From NCBI GenBank assembly GCA_001662655.1, contig KV460212.1: a stretch of 64,000 nucleotides of DNA; one strand, 5' to 3'. The notes beneath the pieces are model-generated. The model saw only the letters and a list, made by a program, of their open reading frames with translations. It had not been told where the DNA came from and searched no databases. Positions within the stretch are counted from its first letter, which is position 1. The number at the start of each line of letters is the position of its first letter. The DNA comes from Pseudogymnoascus verrucosus. Lineage: Eukaryota. The position numbers and the translations under genes are program-made. This document shows, in pieces, positions 48,341 through 61,900 of the stretch.

Positions 48341-48545
48341 AGAGTTACTCATAGGGCATTTAGCTAGCATAATTACTATAAACGCTGCTATTGTCTATAG
48401 TCACTTACAAGGCATTTCGGTAGCATGGTTACTATAAACGCTGCTATTATATATAGTTACTCACAGGGCATTTAGCTAGAATAATCACTATAAACCTAGC
48501 TATGGTTTACAGTCACTCACGAGGCATTTAGGTAGCACAGTAACT
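48341..48545. repeat. 56-bp minisatellite, 4 copies arranged as a 112-bp A-B dimer
   Basis: GGCATT anchors at 48355, 48411, 48467 and 48523 (exact 56-bp spacing). Confidence 0.9.
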
Positions 48546-49194
48546 GTGCTTCACGAGTGACCCTAAACGCAAAATCCCCTTAAAAACAGTGAATAAACGA
48601 ATGCAAGAGCGATAATAACTATTACAATCACCATGCGCTCATATGCGATGCACAGCGTCTGTGTTTTCCTACCCCTATCACAGTGTTTGTTAAGGGGGCG
48701 GAAGCGATTGTGATATTAGGGGGGTGAGTTAAAGGAGGGGGCACAAGAGTGGACGGGGGAATCGTGAAATAGGAGGGAACTTGCTGAGATAATTGTAGAA
48801 GCTATATACCAAAACGATAATATACAAACTTATTTGATTTCATCATTAAGCCTATATAAAAAGTGAGAAGCAACTGACACCCCGGCCGTCAGAATCCTCA
48901 AAAGCCATTATATCCCTCATACTCCGTCCACCTTACATAAACTTCCCCTAAGGATTTAAGATAGAAAGAAGGGGGGCTCACAAATTATAGGGGGCTATGG
49001 ACTCCAATTATCAACGCAGCCGAGCACTGAAGTTTGACAAGTGGGACAAGGATCATCCTTCCCATTTCTTTACATTTAGAGATGAGGGTTCAATCGTGGT
49101 TCAGTTAGAGATGTGGTGGAACCACTCAACGGAACTTTAAGCCGTTGGCCGGTGCCATCGCCAGTTACAGATGGAGGCAGTAGCGTTGGTGGCT

Positions 49195-49275
49195 GCTCTT
49201 GCTGTCGGTTGCTCTCTTGCTACCGGCTGCTCTCTTGCTGTCGGTTGCTTTCTTACTGTCAGTTGCCTTCTTGCT
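49195..49275. repeat. 18-bp tandem repeat, about 4 copies
   Basis: CTCTTGCTGTCGGTTGCT-like units. Confidence 0.8.
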
Positions 49276-49740
49276 CTATCAATAATAAGGATAATACCTT
49301 CATGATAGTCTTATCCTAGTTTCGGGATCCTTCATCAATTGCTTCCTGAAATAGGATAGTAATCAATCTCCGGACCAAGACAGTCCCAGCCCATTGTACC
49401 ATTCTTGACGGCTCCTTTGTGATTCGTCCGTCATTTAGGAGCTGCTGAAACTGCCGACTGAGATTCTATAGTAGTCTATAGCTTCAACCTATAAGCTAGA
49501 GACAAGCATAGTCATATTTGGTATTTAGGGACAGCGCTGTCGATTACAACAGACTTGCTGGCCTTCCGTTCTCTCACCCCTCAGTTGCGCCTCACGGGTA
49601 TCTTACTGCCCAGTAGTCCTGCCTCTGTTCCTCGGTTCTCCCCCACTAAAAAAAACACTCGACTTCTTTTTACCCCGCCAAAAACAAAAAAAAATATGAG
49701 GTCCACAATGGAGAGAGTTCATCTCTCCGAAGAGTTTAAG

Positions 49741-49834
49741 TCCCTTCGCCCGGAATCGAACCGGGGGCCCCCGGATGAGGTGTGTGTTTTTGCAATTACA
49801 GTCCGATGCTCTAATCCAACTGAGCTACAAAGGG
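49741..49834 (-). tRNA. tRNA-Tyr(GUA), intron-containing
   Basis: CCCTTTGTAGCTCAGTTGGATTAGAGCA-TCGGA-CT-GTA-A[intron]ATCCGG...CCGGTTCGATTCCGGGCGAAGGGA. Confidence 0.92.
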
Positions 49835-50353
49835 TAGTGAGTTATCCAGCGGTCGGGCGTGGGGAATTATATTACAGATGGGGTGCGGGCGTTAGGGTTT
49901 ATGGTACAGGGGTGTGGGGAAAGGATCAAATGTGGGCACACACGGCCGACAAGGGTGTCATGGGAAGCGATTTCCAAGAGGAAAAATAACGGAGTTGGAG
50001 GTATGTAAGGCAGACGTCGGTGTTTTTTTCATTTGCTCTATTTCATTATGGGCAGTTGCAACTGTATGGTGGGAAAGAGTTGCGGTTTTCGCAGAACTCC
50101 ACGTATGCAACTCTCCCGGCGCCCTCTTTTTCCCCGTTCTAGAAGAGCCTCGTCCCTCATATACGCGTGCTCTCTTTGATTTCGTGTCCAGTATCTACCC
50201 CCGTCGTACCCGCCCATCCCGCCTTCCAAGATGACCCTCCTTCTCAACTACCCAACATAGATGAGGGTCTCTCGGGATGTCGTAAACGAATGTCGACGAC
50301 ATGCCGACGCGGCGGGTACCTCTCAAGCTCACTCCTTGCAAACCTATACATGC

Positions 50354-53300
50354 TCAATTGACGCCCTCCCCCTCGTGAACGTGTATCTCCGCCGCCTCGC
50401 CCTCACTCCCCGGCACCTCAGGCACAACCTCCTCATACCTCCTCCTCGCCTGCATATCTCCAAGCTCCCCATGTAAACTGAGCAGATCGACCTGGTCCTC
50501 ATCGAGATCCGGCACAGGGTCCTGGTCAACATAATCCTCATCGACGTCCGCCGCATCAAAGTCCGCTAGGCGGCCCGCCATCGACCCCTCCGACGCAGAG
50601 CTATCATGCTGCACATCGTCGCTACGAGCTCCCACTGACCCAAGCTCGACGGATGTCGCGCTCGCGGGGTAATTGTTGTGCGAGTAGGGCTGGGCGAGGG
50701 CGGAGAAGTTCCAGTTCGGCTCCATACCGCCTACGCGCGCGCCAGGGAAGTCCCCATCGTATGCTGATCCAAGGTCGATAGCCTCGTCGCCCGACGCATC
50801 GCGCATCTCGATGCCGTCGTTCATGATAGCGTCTCTCTCAAGGAGCGGCGCGCCGTCATCCTCGAGCGCGTCCTTATAATCAGGAGGGCTATCAATAGCT
50901 GACGGCGGGACGATGCTAGTATTAGTCACGCTTCTCGTCGCTACTGTTGTGCCCGCTGTGGTTCCAGTGACCGAACCATGCCCTGCCTGGCGAGTTGCTT
51001 CTACTCCGGTCAAAGCGCTCGGCGACCCACGAAGGGAGGAGTCCGCGCCGAGACGCTGGCCTTCCCCCGAGCCGCTGGACTCATCTTCGGAGGTGGCAGG
51101 GGGGTTGTCGAAGCGCGCGAGGATCTCTTCGAAGCGCGGGCCGCCGAGGGGCCGGTCTGAGCGACGGCGGTAGAAAAGGAGGTATGCTGCGCTTGAAATC
51201 ACGTGCGAAGGGTCTTTCAGCTTGCTGACGGCGGAGTCTGGTATGTATGTTAGCAGGAGCAGGAGTTAGTTAGCTGGGATTCCTACCATTATAATCATAC
51301 CACGCGCCGTCGACGAAAGACTTGGCATACGCGGTGTAATGTCCACCACCAAGACTACCGTAATGGTTGTCAACAGCAAATAGATCATAAATATCTTTCT
51401 TGCCATCTTCGCTCTCAAGAACTCTTGTGCTCATATCCAGGCCATCAATGGGGAAAGTGACTTGGATATCCAGCTTGTCTCGGCGCATAGCAGTGGAGCT
51501 GAAACGCTTCAGGTGGAATACCATGATATCCGGCGTCCTCCACAACTCGAGTTTCTTGCTGGCTCGCCTATGCTCCTTACACCTCGGACAGTACCATGTG
51601 TCCATCTCGGACAAGATCTCCTCTTTTCCAAACTCATCCAGGCACTCATCAAGGGACAACCCCTTTGAGCGGCGGCGTAGGCGAGACTTGCGCTTGGCCT
51701 CAAGGACTGGGTCTTCCAGCAGACCGACACTGGACCAGCACTCCCGGCCACGCATCGTATCTTCTTGGTCACCTTCAAATAATGTTGCGAAAGGGTCTTG
51801 ATACCAGTCGACAACGATGCCTTCCCCAAGTCGAACGAGAGGTCCCGGATTGGCGTCTTCCTCGACTTCCTCGCTGGACATGCGTGCCCTCTGCGGTGTA
51901 CGCTTGTTACCCTTTCTTGAGTAAGTCCTGATGCCACGTCTGAAGGCTTTCATTTGACCTACTTTATACACGGCGTGTTGGGCGATTGGGCGAACAGGCA
52001 AAACCTAGATTCATTAGCCTCTCTCCATTGGTCAAAGAATTGGGTGCACTGGTTATAGGAGTCGAGGAAGGCAGTCTCCAAGTTAAGTGTCAAAAACATA
52101 CCCTTGTATTCGGCGCCAAATCATCATCGTCACTTGATTCCTCGTTCATTCGTGTCGGTGCCAATTGTGGGATGTCGCCAATATCGTCTTCACTACTTTC
52201 GCCATCAGATCGTTGGGGGTTATTGGAAGCAAACCCGTCAGATGCCTCATCATCGACTTCAACAGCGTCCTGGACAACAGGAATCCGACTGGAGAGCCGT
52301 GGATATAACTTCTCCTCGTCCACCACACCCCATCCCGTGGGAACAACTTCTTTTTTGCTCGAGAAATAGCTTAACTCGAAAAGATTGTTGTATTCGGAAG
52401 GGAGGAACTGCTCGGGATCAATCCACTTTGGCCGCCTTGATTGGAATTTTCGCTTTCTTGGATTGGAATCTTTCTGACCATCTACTTCTGCCGGTCTATT
52501 GTTTTGCTCTGTTACAGTGACGTCGACTACATCATCCTCGCCATCGATCGAAGTAGCCACAACTTTACCGTCTCCAGATGACGTATCCGAGGCAGTAGTT
52601 ATAACGATGTCTTGTTCTGCGCTTTGGTCGTCATCAGTTTCATAACCGCTCATGTTATAAGTGGTAAGATTGGCAACTCGTTCAAGAATCTTCCGTTGAA
52701 TGATGTCCTCACTGCGAGCCTAAAGACTGTTAGATGATTTCAAATGATGAAGTGAACTACGAACCTCTTCTGGAGTCAACGTTATAAAAAACGGCGCATA
52801 GGCATGCATAAGCGGTTTGCCAAATCGGGTTGGGTTGGGATTTTGTCGCCGCGAAATAACCGGCACGATCATTCGTTCTGCTCTAGGCGAATCCCAGCTC
52901 GGAATATCTCCCTCGTCATCGTCTTGATACGAGTAGCTTACGTTAAGCATTGACCTAGTCTTTTGTTTGGGCTTTCGCACAGGCGGCCAATTTGTTGGTA
53001 CTGCCTCAAGCTCGAAAACCATGATGCGGTCGTTGGCTTGGATGTCCTCCGATACTGACTTTGTGTCCTCAAGAATCCTGTATATTTGATTGTTGAATTC
53101 CTCTGCGATGAAAAGCCGTTCGACGGGAACATCAACTCTGCTGCTGACGAACGTCTTCAGCCCTTTTATGCTGCCCTGTTTGTCCATGTCCACTGCAACC
53201 CTGACTGGCTTATCGTTCAAAGGGAAAAAGAACACCTCATGGCCCCAAGTACTCTCAATGGGCAACTGCATAGTAACAGTGCTGAACGGGTCAAACGTTA

Positions 53301-55586
53301 TGCTTACTTTGGCGCAGTCTGGACAAACGAGTGTGGATTTGTACATCCCCGTGAAAAGGTCTCCAATAACAGAGTCGTCGCGCCTCTTCGTGATATCCCA
53401 AACTTCTTTAGCCATTTTCTTCAGCGCAGCTGGATTGTCGACCATTTCATCTGTTGAATCTGGCTTCTCTATGTACGGCTTCTTCTTGACACGGTTCAAG
53501 TCTTCCTGCAAAGCATCCAGAAGAATGCCCAGAAACTCCTGTGAATCCTGCTGGCCATATCCAGAGAACGAGCCAAAGTACCTCCCGAACGTGTTTTTGA
53601 ATTGCCGGGGAGTAATTGACGAAGGTGGGGGCTCTTTGTAGAGCTCTCTTAAAAGTGCGTTGTATACAAGAGCCACATTGCCGCCTTTGCCAAGCGGGTT
53701 TTCAGTATTGAGCTCCTTTTCGGCTTCATCTGCCAAAAAGTATTTGGTCAATTCCTCGACACTACGGATGCACTGGAGGGCGGAGTTCATGTAGCAGGTG
53801 TTCCCGAGGTTGGCCAGCCCAACTGTGCCCACTGTCTTGCCAGAAGATTTCTGCACGCGCCCACGCGTCATTGGCACCGAGGGAGCGGGGCTGCTTCGTC
53901 CACTGTCAGGTCTTGATACTGCTGTAGCCCGATTCGTATTTGCTGAACCGGTGGCAATGCCTTTAGTTCCCTGCTTGGCAACCTTTTGGGCATAAGTGGC
54001 TAAGTACGTATTACCCTCGATAAGCTCATCTAGAACAAGGGCTTGGTCCTTGCCCAACCCAGTCATGGCAATCGTCGAACGGCCATTATATTTCGGGTCG
54101 TTTGTGTAGTCTTTGGTGTCCACTATCTCTCGCTGTGCACCTCGTGTCAGGCCATTAAATGTCGCGGCCTCCACAAGTAGTTTTGTCCAATCTTCTGCAG
54201 ACTTGGCGTCTGGAGCCGGTGTGCCGGCTCTTGATAGAGGGGGTGATGCACCGCCGGCAGGTGCAGCCGCCGCTGTCTTTTCGTCAGAGAAGATGGGTAC
54301 GGTCCAAACTCGCACCGTCTGCTGGGTTTCGATGTTGGCGGATTTCTTAATGCTCTTAAGAAAGTCCTGGAATCTGTCGTTGCGGCTCATAATGAAAATG
54401 GGCGCGGGTGGATTCTTCGCCTTCAAAATCTGTGAAATAGGCAACGGGCTGCTAACTGCCCAAAGCCTATGGATCTTGAACACGACAGGATGAAGTTCAA
54501 ATTGCACGTTCGGCACTTCAGGATCCATGCTAGTATCCACGGCTTGCCTTATGATAGGCACCTGGCCAGCCTTCAGGCCATGCCACTGTACCACCAAATT
54601 CCATGCCGCTTCGGGGAAGTAGGCGACCGAGCCGCCTACAACTTCGTGCTTTAACCTGGCAAATGGCTGCTGATTCTGATCCGTTAGAATCTCGTAGACA
54701 ATATCTGCGTTGTCGACAGGGCCGACTGGCTCCGCATTTGACAGTTTAGCGCCGGATGCGTGAGCTTGGACGTTGTCCAACCAAGTGTTTGATATAATAT
54801 AAGTTTTTGTGCCGGGGGTGAGAGGTTGGCTTTCAAAAGCCTCGTGTAATTCTTTGACCCGTCTTATCTGCTCATCGATGGGAGGAACATCTATGATGTA
54901 GTTAGTAATTGTGTTATTCGAACCGGGTGCGTCACAAGCCCACCTTCCGACATCTCACCATCAGCCTCGGGCAGACATGTATCTGTATCTTGGCTTGCAG
55001 GCTCTTGAAGTTGTGATATTTGAGTTTCTCCGTTTCCATTCGCGTCGGGGCCTTGATTCGAGCTATCTGGGACCTCTTTCGAGATTTCTATACCCTCCAT
55101 ATCGACATCCTCCTTATCTTTCGCGGGGTTCTCTTGCTCCAGCTCTGAAGCCGGTCGCTTGAGCGGCGACGACGACCGGAGTGGAATATCTGCAGCGCCT
55201 CCCATCATAGCCCTTTGTATAAACGACTTATTCGGCGACTGGCTTCGATTTCCTTGACTTCCAGAGTTTTGGGGTCCACCTCCAACTCCGGTTTCCCCGC
55301 CTCGTTCACCCTCGATTGACAACCCAGAGTACGCAGCGCTCGGGGAGCTTGCTGCGGAAGGGATATTATCCTGAGCTGAGAACGAGGCTTCGTTATGAAT
55401 GTGCGGTGGTATGTGGCGAGGGAGGCCCCGTTGGCTGTCGCTCTGGTTGGATAGGTCGGATCGTGGTGGGGTTTGTGAGCGCCGAGAAATTTCCTGGTCC
55501 TCGATCGATGCAAAAGGAATCTCCGATGTGTGATTAGAATGCACGAGCTCGTCCTTATCGATCTTTCGTTTCTTTGTGGAAGACGT
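50354..55586 (-). CDS. UBP12: Ubiquitin carboxyl-terminal hydrolase, USP4/15-like (Ubp12), 5 exons; start uncertain (first ATG 55208, candidate ACG 55586)
   Basis: DUSP-like region, Cys box GLANLGNTCYMNSALQC, QQDSQEF, CPDC / WYCPRCKEH, HLKRF, His box HYGSLGGGHYTAY, AAYLLFYRRR; first intron 54891-54958. Confidence 0.93.
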
Positions 55587-56105
55587 TTTGAAGGTGAGCT
55601 GCGTTGGCAGCTCTTCGTTTGTAGTGGGTGCAAAGTGGCGGTTTTAACGAGAATCCGTCCTTTCAGAGGATAAGAAAGTGAGGTTTAAGCTTGTTGCAAG
55701 ACATTCGGGTGAGTGTGCTGTTTGTTAGATCCGACAGTGTGCATTTCCATAAGAATTATCGAATTTGTCGTCGTCTTGCGTTAATTCAGTGCCTGTCTTT
55801 GTGGTGGCGGGAGTTGCCGCTTACGATTTAGTAAATGTAGGGCGTCACCAAGAGTGATTTATCATGAAGTAAGAGGGCGAATGCCTTGAGCTAAAACCGA
55901 ACCCCAACACCAAATCCATTTCAACATAATGAGCAACAAATGCTTTCAACACAACCAATAATTGATTCATTTTATTGTGGTTGGTATGAGTAACTCATAA
56001 TCCTAATATTGATTCATAAAGACGCAAGCTGATCAGGAATTCTTATTCCTCGGAGACACTCGCCCTCAAGGCTTCTCTCTCATGGCTGAGAACTCTGAAA
56101 GGGTC

Positions 56106-57399
56106 TTATGGCTCTGTTGACAAAACGTGGAGGAAGTCTAAAGCTCTGCCACGGTCAAAGACCACAACATCCCCAGACTGGTCTATAAGCAGGTCATCAC
56201 TTTCCCCTTCGTCCCATTCTCTGTGGGTTTTGTCCTGTTCCTCCTGGTATCGAGCAACCATGTCAACTTCAACTTTCTAGGCGCTGTTTAGTAATGACCC
56301 TTGTCGTTCGTCACCATTGTGAAGACTTACATGCATCAGAACCAGGTCTCCTTCTCCTTTTCTTAGGCTTTGTAAAACCGTCTGGTACTCGACCTCATCG
56401 CTCAAACTGAGCCATTCCCCCAGAGCCTCTGATGGCCGGACCAGCCTGTACATCCAGGGCCCACCATCAAGAGCGCGGCTAAGGACTTCGTCACTTGTAG
56501 GAGTCGGCTTTTGTGGAATCATGGTCTCTTCTCTGAGCGTGGCAAGTAGATTGTAGAACGGCACATCGTAGGGCAGGAACAGATCCGTCGTCAGAATGTT
56601 ATCACAGTTCGCTCCAGAAATTCTTTGAAGAGCAAGATGGAATTCTTCGCCTTCTATTCTTGGCTTTTGCTTGAGCTGTGAAAGGAGCATATATTTTGCA
56701 ACAACACATGCCTGTATTTCAGTCAATGGGGCATCGTTGGATAGCGCAAGCCTTACCTTAATTGCAAGGGACTTCGGATTCCATTTTTCAGGGACTTTAA
56801 CCCTCAGTTCGCGAATCTGATTGTCAAGGAGAGCTTCGGCTTTTTCTAAAACAAAGTTTGACACTCCGTGTCGTTGTTCGAGCATGTCTTTAATAACACG
56901 TCTTATCATCGAACGCTGCCTTACGCCTTCCTCCACTGCTGTGTCGACTGCCTCCAGTAGACTTTTGCTGTCAAAGTCAACTGGGGTTTGTTCTTCCAAA
57001 TCAATGATGAATGTGTTAGTGCCAAGAACAGCTTCATAGTCGATGTTGTCAGTAGGGGCCGATCTTAGCATATAAAGCTCTGAATCGATGAGGCACCGAA
57101 CGAGAGTTTCGGGTGACAGGGTGAACCATTCTAGACCGTGTGAGGTTTGGAATCCAAGCTTCTGGTACTCTCCCTTCGCGTTTTGCCTCTGTGTGGCACC
57201 CCCCTCAGCCTCCTCATGATGGGGCGTCGGTCGAAGGTGGAGCGGAAGGCTTTGCATCGCGTTAGAGTGTGAAATAGGTGCTTCATATCTTTGATTCTTC
57301 ATGTTCAGTTAGCAGCAGATCTTAAATATGCGACGGATATCAAGATGTCGTTACCTCCCAAACCGTGACCTGTTCCTTTCCTGATGAAGTTTCATGCAT
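56106..57399 (-). CDS. Hypothetical protein, probably 3 exons
   Basis: GCCACCATG start at 57399 with GTAACG donor at 57354; 341-codon central ORF; GTAAGT donor near 56330 and TAG acceptor at 56277 lead to an open terminal exon ending TAA 56106. Confidence 0.62.
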
Positions 57400-57799
57400 G
57401 GTGGCAAACCTTAAATTCAGTGAGTAGGAAGAGGAAGTGGGATCAGAAGATTCTAGGAAGTAGAGGTTCTGAAACTGCAGATAACAACCATTATTGGGAA
57501 GCGCGGTTTGAATATTATTTAATTTTGCCAATCGTACAATTCAGGTGACGCTGCACCACCCACCCCATAGCGCCAACAATTTCTATATTTACATCCGTCT
57601 TCTGCCGGTAGAGCGGTGATCATCCAACATTCATACATCCCCGCCCATTTATGAGTAATCTAAAGTGTTCAAACAAGTGAGAAACAGCGCCGTGCTGGTA
57701 CAAGTAGTGGCATCTCTTTGAGAGAGCGGATAGGTGAGTGAGTGTTCGTTTGCGGGGATATGTTGCGATGATTGCAAAAAGATCCATTGTTCAGTCGTA

Positions 57800-58521
57800 T
57801 TAAAAAAGCGCCTTTCGTGCGACCTGTGCGATTCGATGTTAGTAGCGCTCAACAATCAGTGGAGGTATACACTTACAGCCCATCCGCCCGCCACAGAAGC
57901 AACAACACCCCCAGAAATCATCATCGGCCTCAGCCCCCTAGTCGACTTGAAGATCATACCACTCAATGCGCCCGCAGCAATACTGTTGGCCGCATCGTGC
58001 TTCCCCCTTTGGTGGCCAATGAAGGAGTTGATTCCGTTATATACCAGCGCGATCACACCAGCGGAGTTTCCCAAGAACGGGCCTCTCCTTGTAACGGCGT
58101 TCAACACCGAGTTGAGTCTGAGTTTTGGTGGCTGGCCAGATGACCTTCGTAGGCCTTCTTGCATACCCCATGCACCACCAAGCGTTAATGCCGAAAGATA
58201 TGTGACTCCTGTCCCGTAGCAGAGATCGTCGGACCAGCCTCGGGAAGGCAAGGCTGACTGTGAGCCAGGGAGGTCGGAGAGTTGAGAGTCCTCAAGAGAT
58301 ATGTAATCTAGCGTTTGCTGGTTCAATCCAGCGAGAGGATGAAGTTGAGATGGATCTGGGAAGGCGGCTCCGCCGAGGAAAGAACTGACATCCGCCCCTT
58401 CGGATGGGTTGAAAGGAGCCGGCTGGAAAGAGGTCGAGGGCTCGGGAGTGCTGGTCGTAGTTTCACCCGAAGACGACTTCGACGAGGACTTGCGCCCGGT
58501 CAGCGAATCCCAGATCGACAT
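57800..58521 (-). CDS. TIM23: Mitochondrial inner-membrane translocase subunit Tim23; small 3' exon
   Basis: LHPLAGL, LPSRGWSDDLCYGTGVTYL, KLRLNSVLNAVTRRGPFLGNSAG, RGKHD, FKSTRGLRPM; GTAAGT..CTAAC..CAG intron gives terminal VARKALF*. Confidence 0.96.
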
Positions 58522-58902
58522 TGCGGAGGTGATGAAGGGGTGATGTGAGGATGAATATGGCCGGTTAAAATTTTTGGATTCGATGAAGGTTAACGGAGAA
58601 ATCTGGGTACCCGACGTCGACAACATGGTGGTCCGTGCATAAGTCTTGGCATGATTTTCTCTTAGCACGACAACCCCGGACACCAGCACAAGTTGGTATA
58701 ATATTATACTTCGTTCAATTTATTAAATTCCTCTGAACGGGCTTTTGCATTAGAGCTGTGAAGTCAGATACTCAACGGCTGCTGCTCTTTCGTATGCTAA
58801 AAAGGAGCTGAAGCATAAATGGATATTTAATTTTCCAACGAGCAATATAAAACCACATGAAAATCCCACAAAGGACTGAAAAAAGCACCAAAGTCTTCTG
58901 AA

Positions 58903-61900
58903 ATGGGCTCAGACAAGGCGGTTGACACCCGCTCTATACAAGAACTGTTGCAGAATCTTGCAGGCCAGGAAGACAGGTAATTTCCCCGTCATTTTATGCA
59001 TACCCCTTACTAACCCGTGACCAGTGTTGCAAGAGATCATCTCAATGTACTGATCCAAGATGCCTCTCAGCCACGGCATATGTCCGGGAACTCTTGTACG
59101 AGACTATGCTATTTTCTAGAACAATGCAGGAAGTCAGAGTCGCCAAAACTTCGAGATCTTGCATACTCACATGAGACGTGCCGGCAGTTGTTTGACTTCT
59201 ACGTTGAGTGGAATGAGAAGAACCAGCACAGATCCATGAGACAAGTTCTAGAGCTTTTAAGTTCTTTGATATCTCTCAATCCCAACAAGGAAGTTTCTAA
59301 TGGCTTCAAAAAGGAGTCGTTGGAGCGCCTTTTGTCTATCATTTCCCACGAATCTGCTCAGCCTCTTGTCAAGCCAGCTTTCAAAGTGTTGGAATGCTTT
59401 GTGATCAAAGGCACGTACAACAGCTCTGATTTATTCGAAGCCTATGGCCACATTTCTGGTGACATAGAGCCTACCCGAGAATCGCAATGGGACAAATTAG
59501 TTTCTGAAGTCTTTGAGTGGATGTCCGCGCCTGAAACCTGTTCTGCGGCAGCCAAATTCCTCGTGAGTCTCTTTGGGGAACTGAAAACATCGCCTATCGA
59601 AGGTTCTGAGGCCGCAGAAAATTATTCGATATACTGGCAGAGATGGATACAGCAAGGTCTCAGTAAGCATCCAGAATCTCTTGAAAATGTGAAGAACTAT
59701 CTGTTCCCACCTCTGTTCAAATTGGACAAACCGGGATCGTTGCAATTTCTCAGAAACATATCTGCAAACAATGCTATTGATACAGTTGGAAATCGTGAGG
59801 TAGATAGTGGAGCAACTCTTTTCTTGTCTGCATTAGAGGTTGGAAAAAAGTACGGCCTTGTGGATGATCCAGGTATGTCAATCTCTGGGTATCACTTTCT
59901 TGTTATAATTTCTCACTCTCCAAAGACCTCATACCACCGCAGAAAGCATCGGCAAAGAAGCGAGATTTTGTGGAACTTCCTATCCAAGCCATCGGAGGTC
60001 TCTTGATACATACAGATACTACAGTCAGATCTTTAGCTTTTTCTGTACTTGTGTCGTCGCTTTCATCGACGAGACCGTTTCCAAAAGAAAGTCTTGATAT
60101 CATTCGTCAGTATTTGTATGTTCTCCATGCAGATACTGACGCCAAGTTTCGCAACGATCTGTTTGCCAGTACTAAGCATATGCTTGAGCGCCTAAGAGGG
60201 GCTTTGGCTTTGTTGACCCGCGAGGCTAGCCTGAGTGTGACACGGAAACAGGTTGCGACAGATCCAAATTCACCTAAAGAGTTGCAGACTGTTCACAGCA
60301 TAGAACAAATCGACAAAGAAGGAAGCGATATACAAACTCACATCCAAGAACACGAAAACTTCCTATCCTGGTACTTAAGCTTCCTCGCACAAGAGTTAGT
60401 ACCAACAGCATCTTACCCAAGACACATCACCTCTTTAAAATCCCTCGAGATTCTGTTGAAAACAGGAGTGCAGCTTTCTCCAGGTATACCGACAATCAAC
60501 ACTTCGCGTGGCTCAGATACATTTTGGCCAAAACAAGTCAACGTTTTCTCTCCCAGCGTCTGTCGATTGTTGTTAGATCTGGTGGTAGACCCCTTTGAAG
60601 AAGTCCGAAATTGCTCAGTTAGTGTGCTAAACTCTGCACCAAGAGACTGCTTTGGCCCTCTCTCTGACACCCCATACGGTCCTGTCCCCCAGCTTCTGCA
60701 AGACCTTCTTTCGGAGGCCAAGATGGCTTCATCTCAAACTGGCCGTGCAGATGCAGCTGATGGACTTGCACATATGAACGTCCTCCATTTCAAAATCCTC
60801 GAACACGATCAGCACCGATTGAACTTCTTCCATACGCTACTAAGTTTACTTGAAGATGATATCGAAATTGCCAGATCCGATTTGAAGTTGGCAGTAGATC
60901 GGGTTCCACTCCATGGCCAATTGACAACTTTAGCGTATGTTGACTCATATCCTTTGTATGCTTTCGAGTGTCCTCTCGCGATGCGCTGAAGCAAAACCCT
61001 CTTTTAGGATCTTGATATACTGATATTCAATAGTCAATTGTGGGATTTGATGAAAGTCTCACCTTATGAGGGCCTTGTGGCAGTTGAATCTAATGCCTTT
61101 AAAGTAGGAACAATTACGGCATTCCAGGATAGGTTGGCCACATTTTGCCTTGACATTTGGGATATTGTGAGGATTACTTTGTGCCACGACTCGCCGGAAG
61201 GCCATGACCCAAGTGGGCCCATTGGATCCGAAGAAGCTGATGTAAAAGGCATATTGAGCTACAGCTTCCGTGCGTGCCACGAATCAAGGTAAGTTAGAGA
61301 GGCGATGCTTATGCGCCGTTAAATATCTAATTCGGATCTTCTAGTGAACTTATTCAGGCCATTCTGCGCAAGGCCAACATCATCAAATCATCCGATAAGA
61401 AGCCGTTTCTCACCTCCCAGGTGCTGCAAAACCTTGGAAATTTGACCTTCGTACAGTTGGCCAGCCTAAGACACAGGGGTGCATTTTCGACTGTGACTAC
61501 AACCTTTTCATTATGCTGCAAAGTTACTCAGAGCAAATTATTTGCTGAGAATGGAGGCCCAGACCTCCTCCGCCTTTGGCGCGATGTAAGTTTGCAACAT
61601 ACTATGTAACATCACATACTAATCCATTATAGCGAGCATTCCAGTGCATCAATGAACAGCATTCGACAACAAGGCGCTCGGCCGGTCTTCCAGGGCTCAT
61701 CACTGGAATATTGTCTGCTGGTTCTTCTGAAGTTACCCTTGATTCTGTGATGGTAAGGCTCCAAGAAATAGCCCGGACACCTGTCATTATCAGTGGGAAG
61801 GATGAGGAGCAGCTGCCCCAGGTCCATGCCATGAATTCCATCAAGGACGTCTTCAAGAGTGCAACCTTGGGTAAACAGGCCGATATGTACGTCACGGACT

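Noticed and set aside
48341..48545. CRISPR-like interpretation of this and the 32845-33300 repeats
   Set aside because: No unique spacers, no cas genes, eukaryotic context; whole units are homologous.
49555..49989. 144-aa + strand ORF
   Set aside because: Overlaps tRNA-Tyr on the opposite strand; TTG start; no motif.
58522..58689. N-terminal extension of TIM23 (TTG 58689, in-frame ATG 58626)
   Set aside because: Family-like sequence begins at MSIWDSL; the upstream starts lie in the short shared promoter, probably before the TSS. Not excluded without TSS data.
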